DNA of 64,000 bases from Oscillospiraceae bacterium (lineage in GTDB: Bacteria; Bacillota; Clostridia; Oscillospirales; UBA644), in contig CACZQB010000055.1 in NCBI GenBank assembly GCA_902783255.1, positions 16,367-80,366 of the forward strand. The letters are read 5' to 3'. Positions 30,895 through 41,160 of this stretch are shown here, piece by piece. A program made the translations under genes and the position numbers. The notes under the pieces are model-generated. The model saw only the letters and a program-made list of their open reading frames with translations. It made no database searches and was not told where the DNA came from. Numbering within the stretch: the stretch's first letter is position 1; every line of letters starts with the position of its first letter.

Positions 30895-31923
30895 ATGGAA
30901 AACGAATTTGACGAACGGATCTTATCCGCAAGAACGATACACAGCGATGAAACTGAGCTTTCGCTGCGTCCGAAAAACTTTGACGGGTATATCGGTCAGG
31001 AAAAAATAAAAGAAAACCTCAAAATATACATCGAAGCGGCAAAACGCCGCGGCGAATCGCTTGACCACGTTCTTTTATACGGCCCTCCGGGGCTCGGCAA
31101 AACAACTCTCGCAAATATCATTGCCACCGAAATGGGCGTTCAGATCCGCATCACGTCCGGCCCCGCGCTTGAAAAAACGGGCGATCTTGTGGCTCTTCTC
31201 ACAAATCTGCAGGACGGAGACATACTTTTTATAGACGAAATACACCGCCTTTCAAGAACCGTTGAAGAAGTTCTTTACCCGGCAATGGAAGATTATGAAT
31301 TTGATATAATTCTCGGCAAGGGTCCGTCGGCAAGGTCTATAAGATTTACGCTTCCGAAATTTACCCTTATCGGCGCCACAACGCGTTCAGGCCAGCTTGC
31401 CGCACCTTTCAGAGACCGTTTCGGCGTGCTTTTCCGTCTTGAGCTTTATTCTCCCGAAAATCTGCAGACGATAATCACGAATTCCGCAAAAATTCTCGAT
31501 ATAGCAATCACTCCGGAGGGCGCATACGAGATCGCATCGCGTTCAAGAGGCACGCCGCGAATCGCAAACAGACTTTTACGTCGGATACGCGACTTTGCGC
31601 AGGTGCTCGGAGACGGCGTTATAGATGAGGAGCTTGCAAGGAGATCGCTTGACAGAATGGAGATAGACCGTCTCGGTCTTGATTCGGTAGACAGACGGCT
31701 GCTTACCGCCATAATAACGAGCTTTAACGGCGGTCCGGTAGGTCTTGAAACTCTTGCCGCTCTTACGGGTGAGGAGAGCGTTACCATTGAGGACGTATAC
31801 GAGCCGTTTCTTTTGCAGCTCGGCTTTATAAACCGCACGCCCAGAGGCCGCTGCGTAACAAAAGCCGCATACGATCACCTCGGCATACCGTTTCAGGGAC
31901 AGAACGAAAATACGCTGTTTTAA
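30895..31923 (+). CDS. ruvB: Holliday junction branch migration helicase B
   Basis: [31 protein letters not shown] and RTPRGR motifs. Confidence 0.97.
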   Translation: MENEFDERILSARTIHSDETELSLRPKNFDGYIGQEKIKENLKIYIEAAKRRGESLDHVLLYGPPGLGKTTLANIIATEMGVQIRITSGPALEKTGDLVALLTNLQDGDILFIDEIHRLSRTVEEVLYPAMEDYEFDIILGKGPSARSIRFTLPKFTLIGATTRSGQLAAPFRDRFGVLFRLELYSPENLQTIITNSAKILDIAITPEGAYEIASRSRGTPRIANRLLRRIRDFAQVLGDGVIDEELARRSLDRMEIDRLGLDSVDRRLLTAIITSFNGGPVGLETLAALTGEESVTIEDVYEPFLLQLGFINRTPRGRCVTKAAYDHLGIPFQGQNENTLF

Positions 31924-31951
31924 AAAAATCCACCTCAAAAGGTGGATTTTT
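31922..31951. terminator. Bidirectional terminator between convergent genes
   Basis: AAAAAAATCCACC / GGTGGATTTTT inverted repeat. Confidence 0.7.
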
Positions 31952-32963
31952 CTTTTATTCTGTATGTTTCAAAATATTTTTCTTCCATCGGCAGCCACTC
32001 GTTTATAAAGCGGTCGAGCTTTGACGGGTCGCGTTTTTTCAGGCGCAAAAGCTGTTCGTCCCGGCTTATTTCAAGCATAAGTTTTATATCGTAAATATTC
32101 CCGAAATACGGGTGCAGAGAATATACGCCTTCAATAACGGTGAGGGGTTTTTTAGGAACTGTTATTGTTTCCGAAAGACTTTGCGTTTCACAGTCGTATT
32201 TCCGTATCTCAAAAGGCTCTTCTGAAAAAACACAGTCTGTGATCTCGCTTTTCATTCTTTCGTAATCGATATTTCCACCCGCCTGTAAAAGGCGTTCCGG
32301 CGTTCGCTGAAACGGTCTTAAAAAATAGTCGTCCGCGTGAAAAACATTGCAGTCGTAAATTTCCGCAATAATGCCGGCAAGAGTCGTTTTTCCCGACGCC
32401 GCCATACCGTCTATACCGATTATTGCTTTACCTTTATCTGAAAGCGTTTTTTCTATTTCAATAAAAAGTGGGAGCCATTCGGTATATTTTTTTTGCGCGA
32501 TACGGTAGTGAGGCGCATATTTTTTTCTGTATATTTCGCTGTGAGAAAGCGGAGGAAAGCCGAGGGAAGAGTATTCTGCGATAAAATCGCTTGTTTCTTT
32601 TTGCGAGAACGGCAGAAAATCAAGATCTTTCAGCTTTTTAAGGTCGGAAATAAATTCCTCTTTTCTGTCATTTCTATTATCGGTATTTGCGGACAGAACA
32701 AAAATTCTGTTTACCGTTTCAGGCAAAAGCCTGCCTTTCACAGCGGCAAGGTTTATTCTCGCAAAATCGCCGCCTATATCGTCGCAAAGCGGCATATTTT
32801 CGTCGAAATCCGTATCTTCAAGCTCTTTTTTCAGATATTCAAGGCTTGCTTCGGGGTTTTTTATCATATGTTCAGGCCCGAACCGTCTTTGAAAAAGCAG
32901 CTTAACAATATCTGTAAGCTGCTCTTCGGGATGTGAATAAAATTCTTTTTTTATTATATCCAT
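31935..32963 (-). CDS. Uridine-kinase/phosphoribulokinase-like P-loop kinase with an uncharacterised N-terminal domain
   Basis: C-terminal half has GIDGMAASGKTT, HADDYF and IEGVYS. The N-terminal ~170 aa are unrecognised. ATG 32963 lies next to the aconitase stop. Confidence 0.7.
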   Translation of the reverse strand: MDIIKKEFYSHPEEQLTDIVKLLFQRRFGPEHMIKNPEASLEYLKKELEDTDFDENMPLCDDIGGDFARINLAAVKGRLLPETVNRIFVLSANTDNRNDRKEEFISDLKKLKDLDFLPFSQKETSDFIAEYSSLGFPPLSHSEIYRKKYAPHYRIAQKKYTEWLPLFIEIEKTLSDKGKAIIGIDGMAASGKTTLAGIIAEIYDCNVFHADDYFLRPFQRTPERLLQAGGNIDYERMKSEITDCVFSEEPFEIRKYDCETQSLSETITVPKKPLTVIEGVYSLHPYFGNIYDIKLMLEISRDEQLLRLKKRDPSKLDRFINEWLPMEEKYFETYRIKEKSTF

Positions 32964-32964
32964 A

Positions 32965-34887
32965 TCAGTTTGCTTTTGTGTAATTGAGCCGTCCGCCCGC
33001 AAGAAGAATGCTTGCCTGACGCTCGGATCTGTCGCAAAGAAGCTCGATCTTCATATTTTTAGTTTTGTCGTAAATAAATACGCTGCCGCCCTTTTCGATC
33101 TCTTCGCGTATGTTTTTAAGACAGAGCACGTCGCCCTGATCTATGAGGTCATAATCGCGCGGATTTTTGAATGTAAGCGGAATTATGCCTGAATTTATGA
33201 GATTGTCTTTGTGTATTCTCGCAAAGCTCTTCGCGATTACCGCTTTTACGCCCAGCCACAGAGGAACGAGCGCAGCGTGTTCGCGCGAAGAACCCTGTCC
33301 GTAGTTTTCGCCGCCGATAATAAAGCCGCCGCCCGACGCTTTTGCTCTGTTCGGAAACGCGTTATCGACCGCTTCAAAGCAGTATTTTGAAAGATGCGGT
33401 ATGTTGGAGCGATACGGCAGTATCTTTGCTCCTGCAGGCATGATGTGGTCTGTTGTGATATTGTCGCCTACTTTAAGAAGCGCGGGTTTTTCTATCGATG
33501 CCGGCATAGCATCGCCAACCGGGAACGGTTTGATGTTCGGGCCGCGCACTACCTCTACATCGTCTCCGTTTTCCGCCGGAGGAATAATGAGATTGTCGTT
33601 TATGTCGAATTTTTCGGGAATATCAACTTTTATTTCAACATCAAGCGTCGTCGGATCACAAAAAACGCCTTTTATTGCGCTTGCAGCTGCGGTTTCCGGT
33701 GAAACAAGGTATACCTGTCCGTCCGCGGTGCCCGATCTGCCCTCAAAATTGCGGTTGAACGTGCGCAGCGATACTCCCGCGCTGTTGGGAGACTGACCCA
33801 TACCGATGCACGGACCGCATGCGCATTCAAGAATTCTTGCGCCGGCTTCTATTATATCCGCAAGCACGCCCGATCTTGCCATCATTGCGAAAACCTGCTT
33901 TGAACCGGGAGATACAGTCATTGAAACGTTTTCGGCAACCGTATTTCCTTTAAGTATAGCCGCAAGTTTCTGCATATCCGCATAAGATGAGTTTGTGCAT
34001 GACCCTGCGCATACCTGGTCTATTTTCATTCCGGCAAGCTGAGATACCGGCACTACTTTGTCGGGACTGTGCGGACAAGCCGCAAGCGGAACAAGCGTTG
34101 AGAGGTCTATTTCGATATTTTCGTCATAAACAACGCCTTCATCCGGCAAAAGCTCTGTATAATCGTTTTCTCTGCCCTGAGCGGCGAGGAACTGTCTTGT
34201 TATTTCGTCTGACGGAAAAACAGACGTTGTGGCGCCAAGCTCCGTGCCCATATTTGTTATTGTTGAACGCTCCGGAACCGAAAGCGTTTTTATTCCGTCG
34301 CCGTAATATTCGATTATTTTGCCGACGCCGCCTTTAACGGACATTATCTGAAGCACTTTCAGTATAATGTCTTTTGCCGAAACCATTCGCGGAAGTTTGC
34401 CCGTAAGCTTTATGCCTACGATTTTCGGCATGATGAGATAAAAGGCTCCGCCGCCCATCGCTACGGCAACGTCAAGTCCGCCCGCGCCCATTGCAAGCAT
34501 ACCTATGCCTCCGCCTGTGGGGGTATGCGAGTCACTGCCCAGAAGTGTTTTTCCCGGAATGCCGAACCGTTCAAGATGGACCTGATGGCAAATGCCGTTG
34601 CCGGGCTTCGAGCAGTATATTCCGTGTTTTTTGCAGACTGTCTGGATATATCTGTGGTCGTCTGCATTCATGAAGCCGGACTGGAGAGTGTTGTGGTCTA
34701 TATATGCAACGGATTTTTCTGTTTTTACTCTGCCTATACCCATAGCTTCAAGCTGCAGATACGCCATTGTACCAGTAGCATCCTGTGTGAGGGTCTGATC
34801 GATTCTTACAGAGATCTCACTTCCCGGCACCATATTGCCTGAAACAAGATGCGAGGCGATGATTTTCTGAGAAATTGATAAAGCCAT
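32965..34887 (-). CDS. Aconitate hydratase (short ~640-aa type)
   Basis: TQDATGT, GICHQVH, GSDSHT, GSCTNSS, CGPCIG, RTFNRNF, ITTDHI and GSSREHA motifs. Confidence 0.92.
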   Translation of the reverse strand: MALSISQKIIASHLVSGNMVPGSEISVRIDQTLTQDATGTMAYLQLEAMGIGRVKTEKSVAYIDHNTLQSGFMNADDHRYIQTVCKKHGIYCSKPGNGICHQVHLERFGIPGKTLLGSDSHTPTGGGIGMLAMGAGGLDVAVAMGGGAFYLIMPKIVGIKLTGKLPRMVSAKDIILKVLQIMSVKGGVGKIIEYYGDGIKTLSVPERSTITNMGTELGATTSVFPSDEITRQFLAAQGRENDYTELLPDEGVVYDENIEIDLSTLVPLAACPHSPDKVVPVSQLAGMKIDQVCAGSCTNSSYADMQKLAAILKGNTVAENVSMTVSPGSKQVFAMMARSGVLADIIEAGARILECACGPCIGMGQSPNSAGVSLRTFNRNFEGRSGTADGQVYLVSPETAAASAIKGVFCDPTTLDVEIKVDIPEKFDINDNLIIPPAENGDDVEVVRGPNIKPFPVGDAMPASIEKPALLKVGDNITTDHIMPAGAKILPYRSNIPHLSKYCFEAVDNAFPNRAKASGGGFIIGGENYGQGSSREHAALVPLWLGVKAVIAKSFARIHKDNLINSGIIPLTFKNPRDYDLIDQGDVLCLKNIREEIEKGGSVFIYDKTKNMKIELLCDRSERQASILLAGGRLNYTKAN

Positions 34888-34901
34888 TTTTCCTTCCGCC
34901 T

Positions 34902-35900
34902 TTATTTTATATTTTTCTGCCAGTTCCATGTATCCGCGCACATATCGAAAAGCGATTTTTCCGCTTTCCAGCCAAGCACTCTCAATGCTTTTGAAGCATC
35001 CGCGCGTGATTCGTCAATGTCGCCCGCGCGTCTGCCGTCTATAACATACGGTATTTTGATGCCCGTTGCCTTTTCAAATGCGTTTACAATATCAAGAACG
35101 CTGTATCCTGTGCCGGTTCCGAGGTTGAATATTTCGCAGCCTTTGTGTTTTGCGGCATATTCAAGAGCTTTCACATGTCCTTTTGCAAGGTCGGTAACAT
35201 GGATATAGTCGCGAACGCCTGTGCCGTCGTGAGTGTTGAAATCGTTGCCGTAAACATGGAGCTTTTCTCTTTTGCCTGAAGCGACCTGCGCGATATACGG
35301 CATTAAGTTGTTGGGTATCCCTTTCGGATTTTCGCCGATAAGACCGCTTTCGTGAGCGCCTATCGGATTGAAATATCTGAGAAGAACGACCGCAAGATTT
35401 TTGTCTGCACAAGAAGCGTCTGTAAGAATTTTTTCAATGAAGAGTTTTGTTGTGCCGTAAGGATTTGTTGTTGAAGTGGGCATATCTTCGGTGAACGGAA
35501 CGGGATTTATGTTCCCGTATACCGTAGCGGACGAGCTGAACACAAATATGTCGGTCCCGAATTCCTTCATCACTTCAAGCAGCGTTAAAGTGGTGTCAAG
35601 ATTGTTTCTGTAATACATAACGGGTTTTTCCACCGATTCTCCGACCGCTTTGTAACCCGCAAAATGGATAACGGCGTCAATTCTGTTTTCGGAAAAAATT
35701 TTGCGCATCGCGTCGCCGTCCGCAACGTTTGCGTTGTAATATCTGATACTTTTTCCGGTTATTTTCTCGCATCTTTTTATAACGTCGGGACTGCTGTTGC
35801 TGAAATTATCGGCGATCACCGCGTCAAAGCCGTTGGAAAGAAGTTCCACGCATGTGTGGGAGCCTATAAAACCGGCGCCGCCGGTAAGAAGAACTGTCAT
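34902..35900 (-). CDS. galE: UDP-glucose 4-epimerase
   Basis: TGGAGFIGSH, HFAGYKAVGES, FSSSATVYG, YGTTK, LRYFNP and GVRDYIHV motifs. Confidence 0.95.
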   Translation of the reverse strand: MTVLLTGGAGFIGSHTCVELLSNGFDAVIADNFSNSSPDVIKRCEKITGKSIRYYNANVADGDAMRKIFSENRIDAVIHFAGYKAVGESVEKPVMYYRNNLDTTLTLLEVMKEFGTDIFVFSSSATVYGNINPVPFTEDMPTSTTNPYGTTKLFIEKILTDASCADKNLAVVLLRYFNPIGAHESGLIGENPKGIPNNLMPYIAQVASGKREKLHVYGNDFNTHDGTGVRDYIHVTDLAKGHVKALEYAAKHKGCEIFNLGTGTGYSVLDIVNAFEKATGIKIPYVIDGRRAGDIDESRADASKALRVLGWKAEKSLFDMCADTWNWQKNIK

Positions 35901-35919
35901 AATATATCCTTTCAAATTC

Positions 35920-37005
35920 CTATCTGAAATTTCTCACAATATCGCTGATAAGCAAAAATTTATCGTATGTAACGCCCGGAGGGCAGCTGTCTGAATTCGC
36001 AAGAACAAATCTTCTTCCGCGAGCTGTTGAAAGGAGGTCCTTTACGTATTTTTCAAGCTCGTCTAAAGTGCAGCTTTCAAAAAACGTTGGGTCTATGCCT
36101 CCGATCAGCGCTATGTGTTCGGGCAAAATCGCAAAAGCGTCGGCAATTTCTATATTGCCCGTGGGCGGGGGAGTTACCGATTCGAGAATATCTATTCTTG
36201 ACGTTGCGATGAGCGGCATGATATCTTTGAGATGACCGCACGCATGATGCATAAGCAGCTTTCCTTTTGTGTGAAGAATATCCGCCCATTCGTTTATCTG
36301 AGGCAGCGTGTATTTTTCAAACATCGCCGGACTTATGTTAGTTGTTGAACTGTCTTCAAAAAAATTGAGTATTTCGGCAGGAGAGTTGAGCGCGTTGATA
36401 ACCGTTTCACGGTCTTTTTCCATCATAACGGCAAGGCATTCCTCTACTGTTTCGGGAAAATCGTAAAGAGCGTATGAAAGCGCTTCCGTGCCGCACCACC
36501 GTTCCACGAGCGCCTGAAAAGCCGTTTTGTAGTTTACGCCTATATTCGGGCATGAAACGGCATTTTCGCCGAGTTTTTCGTATTCGCGGGCAAACGGTTC
36601 GATATTTTCGGTGATATTCATGTTCTCGTAAATATACTGAAGAACTTTGAAATCCTCCTCTTCGCTTACGGGATGTCCCGTTAAAAACCACGTGTCTGCC
36701 TGAGCGGAATATGTGCGTATTTCCGTTATCGTGCCGACTTTTGTAATATAGCTGTCAAACATCTTGTTTCCGTCGCGCTTTGATGTGTGCTCGACGTTTT
36801 TCATTTCAGAAAGGGAAAGGAGGCACGAGCCGCGAAGAAGAGGATCCGCGCCGATCTTCTTCATATACGCCACTTCACCTTTTTCCTGCTCTTCACGCGG
36901 AACATACTGCCAGTAATACGCAAGAAAAGGCGACCATGGAACCCTGTCTGTTTCCTTGCCCGTTACGGCTGAAAGTATTCTTTTTTTAGACGTCATCTGT
37001 TCCAT
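35920..37005 (-). CDS. Uroporphyrinogen decarboxylase-family (URO-D/MtaA-like) protein
   Basis: GKETDRVPW, ISPAMFEKY, HHACG and GGIDP motifs; SDSCPP C-terminus. Confidence 0.75.
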   Translation of the reverse strand: MEQMTSKKRILSAVTGKETDRVPWSPFLAYYWQYVPREEQEKGEVAYMKKIGADPLLRGSCLLSLSEMKNVEHTSKRDGNKMFDSYITKVGTITEIRTYSAQADTWFLTGHPVSEEEDFKVLQYIYENMNITENIEPFAREYEKLGENAVSCPNIGVNYKTAFQALVERWCGTEALSYALYDFPETVEECLAVMMEKDRETVINALNSPAEILNFFEDSSTTNISPAMFEKYTLPQINEWADILHTKGKLLMHHACGHLKDIMPLIATSRIDILESVTPPPTGNIEIADAFAILPEHIALIGGIDPTFFESCTLDELEKYVKDLLSTARGRRFVLANSDSCPPGVTYDKFLLISDIVRNFR

Positions 37006-37042
37006 TTTGTCGCTCCGTTCTGAACGTATCTTTTACGGGATG

Positions 37043-37116
37043 ATTATATCACATCACACAATATTTGTCAAGAATAAAAGCTTTCTATTGACTTTTTAAT
37101 CGGAAAATGATATAAT
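37043..37116. promoter_or_regulatory. Divergent sigmaA promoters (URO-D-like/galE/aconitase operon on minus, secDF on plus)
   Basis: Minus: TTGACA-17-TATAAT (37071-37043). Plus: TTGACT-17-TATAAT (37088-37116). Both have a TG extension. Confidence 0.7.
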
Positions 37117-37156
37117 GTCAGGAGTTATATTATTATAAATAAAGAAAGGCATCGAT

Positions 37157-38479
37157 ATGACAAAAAGAATAGTGGGCTGCTGTATTCTTGCGGTGATAAT
37201 GGCGTTGTTTATATACGTCTGTTTCGCAGGTATCAGCATAGGCTCGTTTAAAATTCCTCCGAAGCTCGGTCTGTATTCGGACGAGGGCGGTATCCGCAGA
37301 GGTCTCGACCTTGACGGAGGCGCATCTATCACATTTGAACCCGATATCGACGGAGATTATTCGGGAAATCTTGACAGCGATATCAATGTTGTTGTTGAGG
37401 TCATGAGAAAAAGACTTACTAATCTCGGCTATACCGAGGGCAACGTATACAGAACAGGCACTCAGGGCATAACGGTTGAAATTCCCGGCATTTCAAGCCC
37501 CGAAGATGCGATAGACGTTCTCGGCCAGACAGCAAACCTCGCATTCATAACGTCAGACGGCGAGGTAGTGCTTACGGGTAAAGATATAGTGAGCGCAACC
37601 GCAGGATACGACTCTCAGGAAAACAGATTTGTTGTTCTGATGAAAATATCGTCAGACGCCGTATCGCGTTTTTCGGAGGCAACAAAAAGAATGTCTCAGG
37701 AAACAGGAGATAAAAACTATATCGCGATCATGCTTGACGATGCTCAGATCGCAAGACCTTATGTTGAAAATCAGATAACTTCGACAGACTGCATCATCAC
37801 AACAAACACTCAGGATCAGGCAAAGGAATATGCCGCGGTCATTTCCGCAGGCGCATTGCCGTTTGCGCTTGAAGCGATAGAACAGCGCTCTATAGGCCCG
37901 ACCCTCGGTGACGGCGCACTTGAATCGAGCCTTATCGCCGCTTTGTTCGGACTTATAGCCGTTGTTGTTCTTATGATAATTCTTTACAGACTTCCCGGCG
38001 TTGTTTCGGCAGTGGCTCTCGTATTTTACGTATCGATAGTTTGCCTTATATGCGCGCTTTTCAGGATCAACCTTTCACTTCCCGGCATTGCGGGCATAAT
38101 TCTTTCAATAGGTATGGCGGTCGATGCAAACGTTATAATTTTTGAGCGTATAAAAGAGGAACTTGTGGCAGGCAAGAGCACTTCAGGCGCGGTAAGCTCG
38201 GGCTTTGACAAGGCATTGCTCGCGATCATCGACTCAAACATCACAACCGTGATCGCTGCCGTGGTGCTTATGATATTCGGCAAGGGCACAATACAGGGCT
38301 TTGCCGTAACTCTGCTTATCGGCGTGCTTTGCTCAATGTTCACCGCCGTTATCATCACAAAATATCTTCTTCGTTCTCTCGTTGTTTTCGGCGTCCGCAA
38401 TCCCGTTCTTTACGGACTTTCAAAGAAAAAGGCCGAACTCAGACTTGCAGACAGTAAAAACGGAGGTGCAGCAAAATGA
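37157..38479 (+). CDS. secD: Protein translocase subunit SecD
   Basis: GLDLDGG, VEIPG, GALP, IGPTLG, GMAVDANVIIFERIKEE and DSNITT motifs. Confidence 0.95.
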   Translation: MTKRIVGCCILAVIMALFIYVCFAGISIGSFKIPPKLGLYSDEGGIRRGLDLDGGASITFEPDIDGDYSGNLDSDINVVVEVMRKRLTNLGYTEGNVYRTGTQGITVEIPGISSPEDAIDVLGQTANLAFITSDGEVVLTGKDIVSATAGYDSQENRFVVLMKISSDAVSRFSEATKRMSQETGDKNYIAIMLDDAQIARPYVENQITSTDCIITTNTQDQAKEYAAVISAGALPFALEAIEQRSIGPTLGDGALESSLIAALFGLIAVVVLMIILYRLPGVVSAVALVFYVSIVCLICALFRINLSLPGIAGIILSIGMAVDANVIIFERIKEELVAGKSTSGAVSSGFDKALLAIIDSNITTVIAAVVLMIFGKGTIQGFAVTLLIGVLCSMFTAVIITKYLLRSLVVFGVRNPVLYGLSKKKAELRLADSKNGGAAK

Positions 38480-39468
38480 ATAAGCTTACCATAACATCAA
38501 AAGGAAAATTAATCGTTATTGTTGCTGCCGCAATAATCGTGCTCGGCATTCTGGGCATGGTAGTTTCCTACATTTTCAAGGATAATCCCGATATAGGCCT
38601 CAGATGGGGCATAGATTTTACCGGAGGCACGGTTTTCAACTTTTCGATAAAACGAGATGTTTCGCAAAACGATCTTGACAAGGTCGAAGAAATCGTCCGC
38701 AATGTTACCGGCGAAACGCCGTCCCTTGTTCAGAAAACGACCGTGACCGCCGTAGATACCGAAATTCTCAACTCGACCGATATCATCATCGTTAAATGCA
38801 ATACCGATAAAAACGAAGACAGAAGAGCGATCCTTGCGGAATTAGCGAAAGAATTCTCTCTCCCGTTTTCTTCCGACGGTGAAGACGGCGAAGAAAATGT
38901 TGACGCTTCAAAAATCGACTGGCTTCTTTCTTCGGACAGCGTAGGTCCCGCAGCCGCGTCCGACCTTCTCCGCAGCGCCATTATCGCAACAGTTATCGCC
39001 GCAGTGCTTATGCTCGCTTATATTTCGATCAGATTTGATCTGTTTTCCGGTATCGCCGCAGTCGTTGCCCTCCTGCACGACGTTTCTATGATGATCATTT
39101 GCAATCTCATATTCGGCGTTCAGATCAATCTTCCGTTTATCGCCGCCGTATTGACGATTCTCGGTTATTCCATCAACGCAACGATCATTATATTCGACCG
39201 TATACGCGAAAACAACCGTCTTATGCCTAACGCGACAAGTCAGGAAGTTGCAGAAAAGAGTATCAGACAGACTATGCGCCGCTCAATTTTCACATCCGTT
39301 ACCACTCTTTTCACTATCTTTATTCTTTACATCCTCAGCGTTCCCTCTATAAGAGAATTTTCCTTCCCGATCATTGTGGGCATCATAGCAGGTTTTTATT
39401 CTTCCGTATTTGTCAGCGGAAACGTATGGATTCTGCTTAAAAATAAATTTTCAAAGAAAAAGAACTGA
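38476..39468 (+). CDS. secF: Protein translocase subunit SecF
   Basis: GIDFTGGT, VGP, ALLHD, LGYSINATIIIFDRIREN and YSS motifs. Confidence 0.95.
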   Translation: MNKLTITSKGKLIVIVAAAIIVLGILGMVVSYIFKDNPDIGLRWGIDFTGGTVFNFSIKRDVSQNDLDKVEEIVRNVTGETPSLVQKTTVTAVDTEILNSTDIIIVKCNTDKNEDRRAILAELAKEFSLPFSSDGEDGEENVDASKIDWLLSSDSVGPAAASDLLRSAIIATVIAAVLMLAYISIRFDLFSGIAAVVALLHDVSMMIICNLIFGVQINLPFIAAVLTILGYSINATIIIFDRIRENNRLMPNATSQEVAEKSIRQTMRRSIFTSVTTLFTIFILYILSVPSIREFSFPIIVGIIAGFYSSVFVSGNVWILLKNKFSKKKN

Positions 39469-39470
39469 TA

Positions 39471-39499
39471 TTGACAAAATCGTTGCAAAATGATATAAT
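39471..39499 (+). promoter_or_regulatory. SigmaA promoter of reverse rubrerythrin
   Basis: TTGACA-17 bp-TATAAT with a TG extension. Confidence 0.75.
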
Positions 39500-39593
39500 T
39501 AACCCGAACCATATCATTATTGCCGAAAACCGTTCCGTCAGACCGACGGAGGAAAAAATCAATTTTAAATAATTTTAAACAAGGAGAAAAAAT

Positions 39594-40130
39594 ATGAAAT
39601 TTGTATGTTCCGTATGCGGATATGTTCACGAAGGTGACTCCGCACCCGAAAAATGCCCCGTTTGCAAAGCCCCCGCTTCAAAATTCAACGTAGTGGAAGA
39701 CCGCACACTTGCAGCCGAACACGTTATCGGCGCAGCAGAAGGCGCATCCGAAGATATAATTGCCGATCTCAGATCAAACTTTATGGGTGAATGCACCGAA
39801 GTAGGCATGTATCTTGCTATGGCACGCGCCGCTCACCGCGAGGGCTATCCCGAAGTAGGTCTTTATTTCGAAAAAGCTGCATGGGAAGAAGCCGAACACG
39901 CTGCCAAATTTGCGGAGCTTTTAGGCGAAGTAGTATCTCCGAGCACCAAAAAGAATCTCGAAGTTCGTGTAGAAGCCGAATTCGGTGCGACCGCAGGCAA
40001 AACCGACCTTGCAAAACGCGCAAAAGCCGCAGGTCATGATGCTATTCACGATACCGTTCATGAAATGGCAAGAGACGAAGCAAGACACGGCAAAGCTTTT
40101 GAAGGACTTTTGAACAGATATTTTAAGTAA
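39594..40130 (+). CDS. Reverse rubrerythrin (NADH peroxidase)
   Basis: N-terminal rubredoxin domain CSVCGY...CPVC, then a diiron domain ([19 protein letters not shown]). Confidence 0.93.
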   Translation: MKFVCSVCGYVHEGDSAPEKCPVCKAPASKFNVVEDRTLAAEHVIGAAEGASEDIIADLRSNFMGECTEVGMYLAMARAAHREGYPEVGLYFEKAAWEEAEHAAKFAELLGEVVSPSTKKNLEVRVEAEFGATAGKTDLAKRAKAAGHDAIHDTVHEMARDEARHGKAFEGLLNRYFK

Positions 40131-40160
40131 TTTGTGATTTTTAAATTTTAAAGGGAGGAA

Positions 40161-41099
40161 ATGGAAATGATTTGTCCGAATTGCGGCACAGACGCAGGCA
40201 GCTCGAAATTCTGCACAAACTGCGGAACTCCGCTGCAGCAACCGTCTCAGCAGCCACAGCAGACTGCACAGCAACCTGTTCAGCCTCAGCAGCCGCAGCA
40301 GACTGTTCAGCAACCTGTTCAGCCGCAGCAGACTGTTCAGCAACCTGTTCAGCAACCTGCTCAGCCTCAGCAGACTCAGCAATATGTTCCGCCGGTATAT
40401 GCGCAGCAACCGGCGCAGCAATATCAGCAGCCTCAATATCAGCAACGCCCCGCATATCAGCAGCCTCAGCAGCAATACAGACCCGCTCAGCCGGCATACC
40501 AGAATTATGCTCAGCCTCAGCAGCAGTATTCAGCGCCTCAAAACGGCGGCTATAATGTAAATCCGTATTCCGCCCAGTATAATACTCAGGCATATACCAA
40601 TCAGGTTTATTCGGGAGAGGGCGCAGTTGTTGAAGATTTCAATCTCTTCACCGCTTACGGCAGCATGTTCAAAAAATTCGCAAAGTTCAGCGGCCGCAGC
40701 AGAAGAAAAGAATACTGGCTTGCAAACATAATGAACGCTATCATTATGATGATCTTCAGCATCGTTTTCAACATTCTTGCAGCGCCTTATGTAGAACCGC
40801 TGATGAGGAACCTTTATTACATAGCAGACGGATATTCGCTTGATGATATAGTATTTCCCGCGCCCAGCCTCGTTCTTATCATTATGAGCGTAATATATCT
40901 TGTTTACAGCCTTATTCTCATTATTCCGTCTCTTGCGCTGCTTGTCCGCAGATTTCACGATACGGGCAAAAGCGGAGCAGCGATATTCCTTTGGCTTATA
41001 CCGTTCATTGGCGGACTGATAGTGTTTATTTTCACTGTTATGGACAGCACGCCCGGCCCCAATAAATACGGTCCGAACCCGAAAGGCGTATGGAGATAA
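40161..41099 (+). CDS. Zinc-ribbon + Gln/Pro-rich linker + DUF805 membrane protein
   Basis: CPNCG..FCTNCG zinc ribbon; FSGRSRRKEYW, LVRRFHDTGKSG and PGPNKYGPNP DUF805 motifs. Confidence 0.85.
   Translation: MEMICPNCGTDAGSSKFCTNCGTPLQQPSQQPQQTAQQPVQPQQPQQTVQQPVQPQQTVQQPVQQPAQPQQTQQYVPPVYAQQPAQQYQQPQYQQRPAYQQPQQQYRPAQPAYQNYAQPQQQYSAPQNGGYNVNPYSAQYNTQAYTNQVYSGEGAVVEDFNLFTAYGSMFKKFAKFSGRSRRKEYWLANIMNAIIMMIFSIVFNILAAPYVEPLMRNLYYIADGYSLDDIVFPAPSLVLIIMSVIYLVYSLILIIPSLALLVRRFHDTGKSGAAIFLWLIPFIGGLIVFIFTVMDSTPGPNKYGPNPKGVWR
40236..40525 (+). repeat. Coding low-complexity tandem repeats (QQP/QQPV/QQTV/QQY)
   Basis: Repeated CAGCAACCTGTTCAG / CAGCCTCAGCAG units inside the DUF805 gene. Confidence 0.8.
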
Positions 41100-41116
41100 A
41101 ATAAAAAAAACAAAAG

Positions 41117-41152
41117 CGTCGGCAATACATAGTATTACCGACGTTTCTTTTT
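41117..41152. terminator. Terminator between convergent DUF805 and GH35 genes
   Basis: CGTCGGCAATAC / GTATTACCGACG stem flanked by A and T tracts. Confidence 0.65.
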
Positions 41153-41160
41153 GCGAAAAT

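Noticed and set aside
40236-40525. Short repeats that might suggest a CRISPR array
   Set aside because: In-frame codon repeats with no unique spacers of constant length, and no cas genes nearby.
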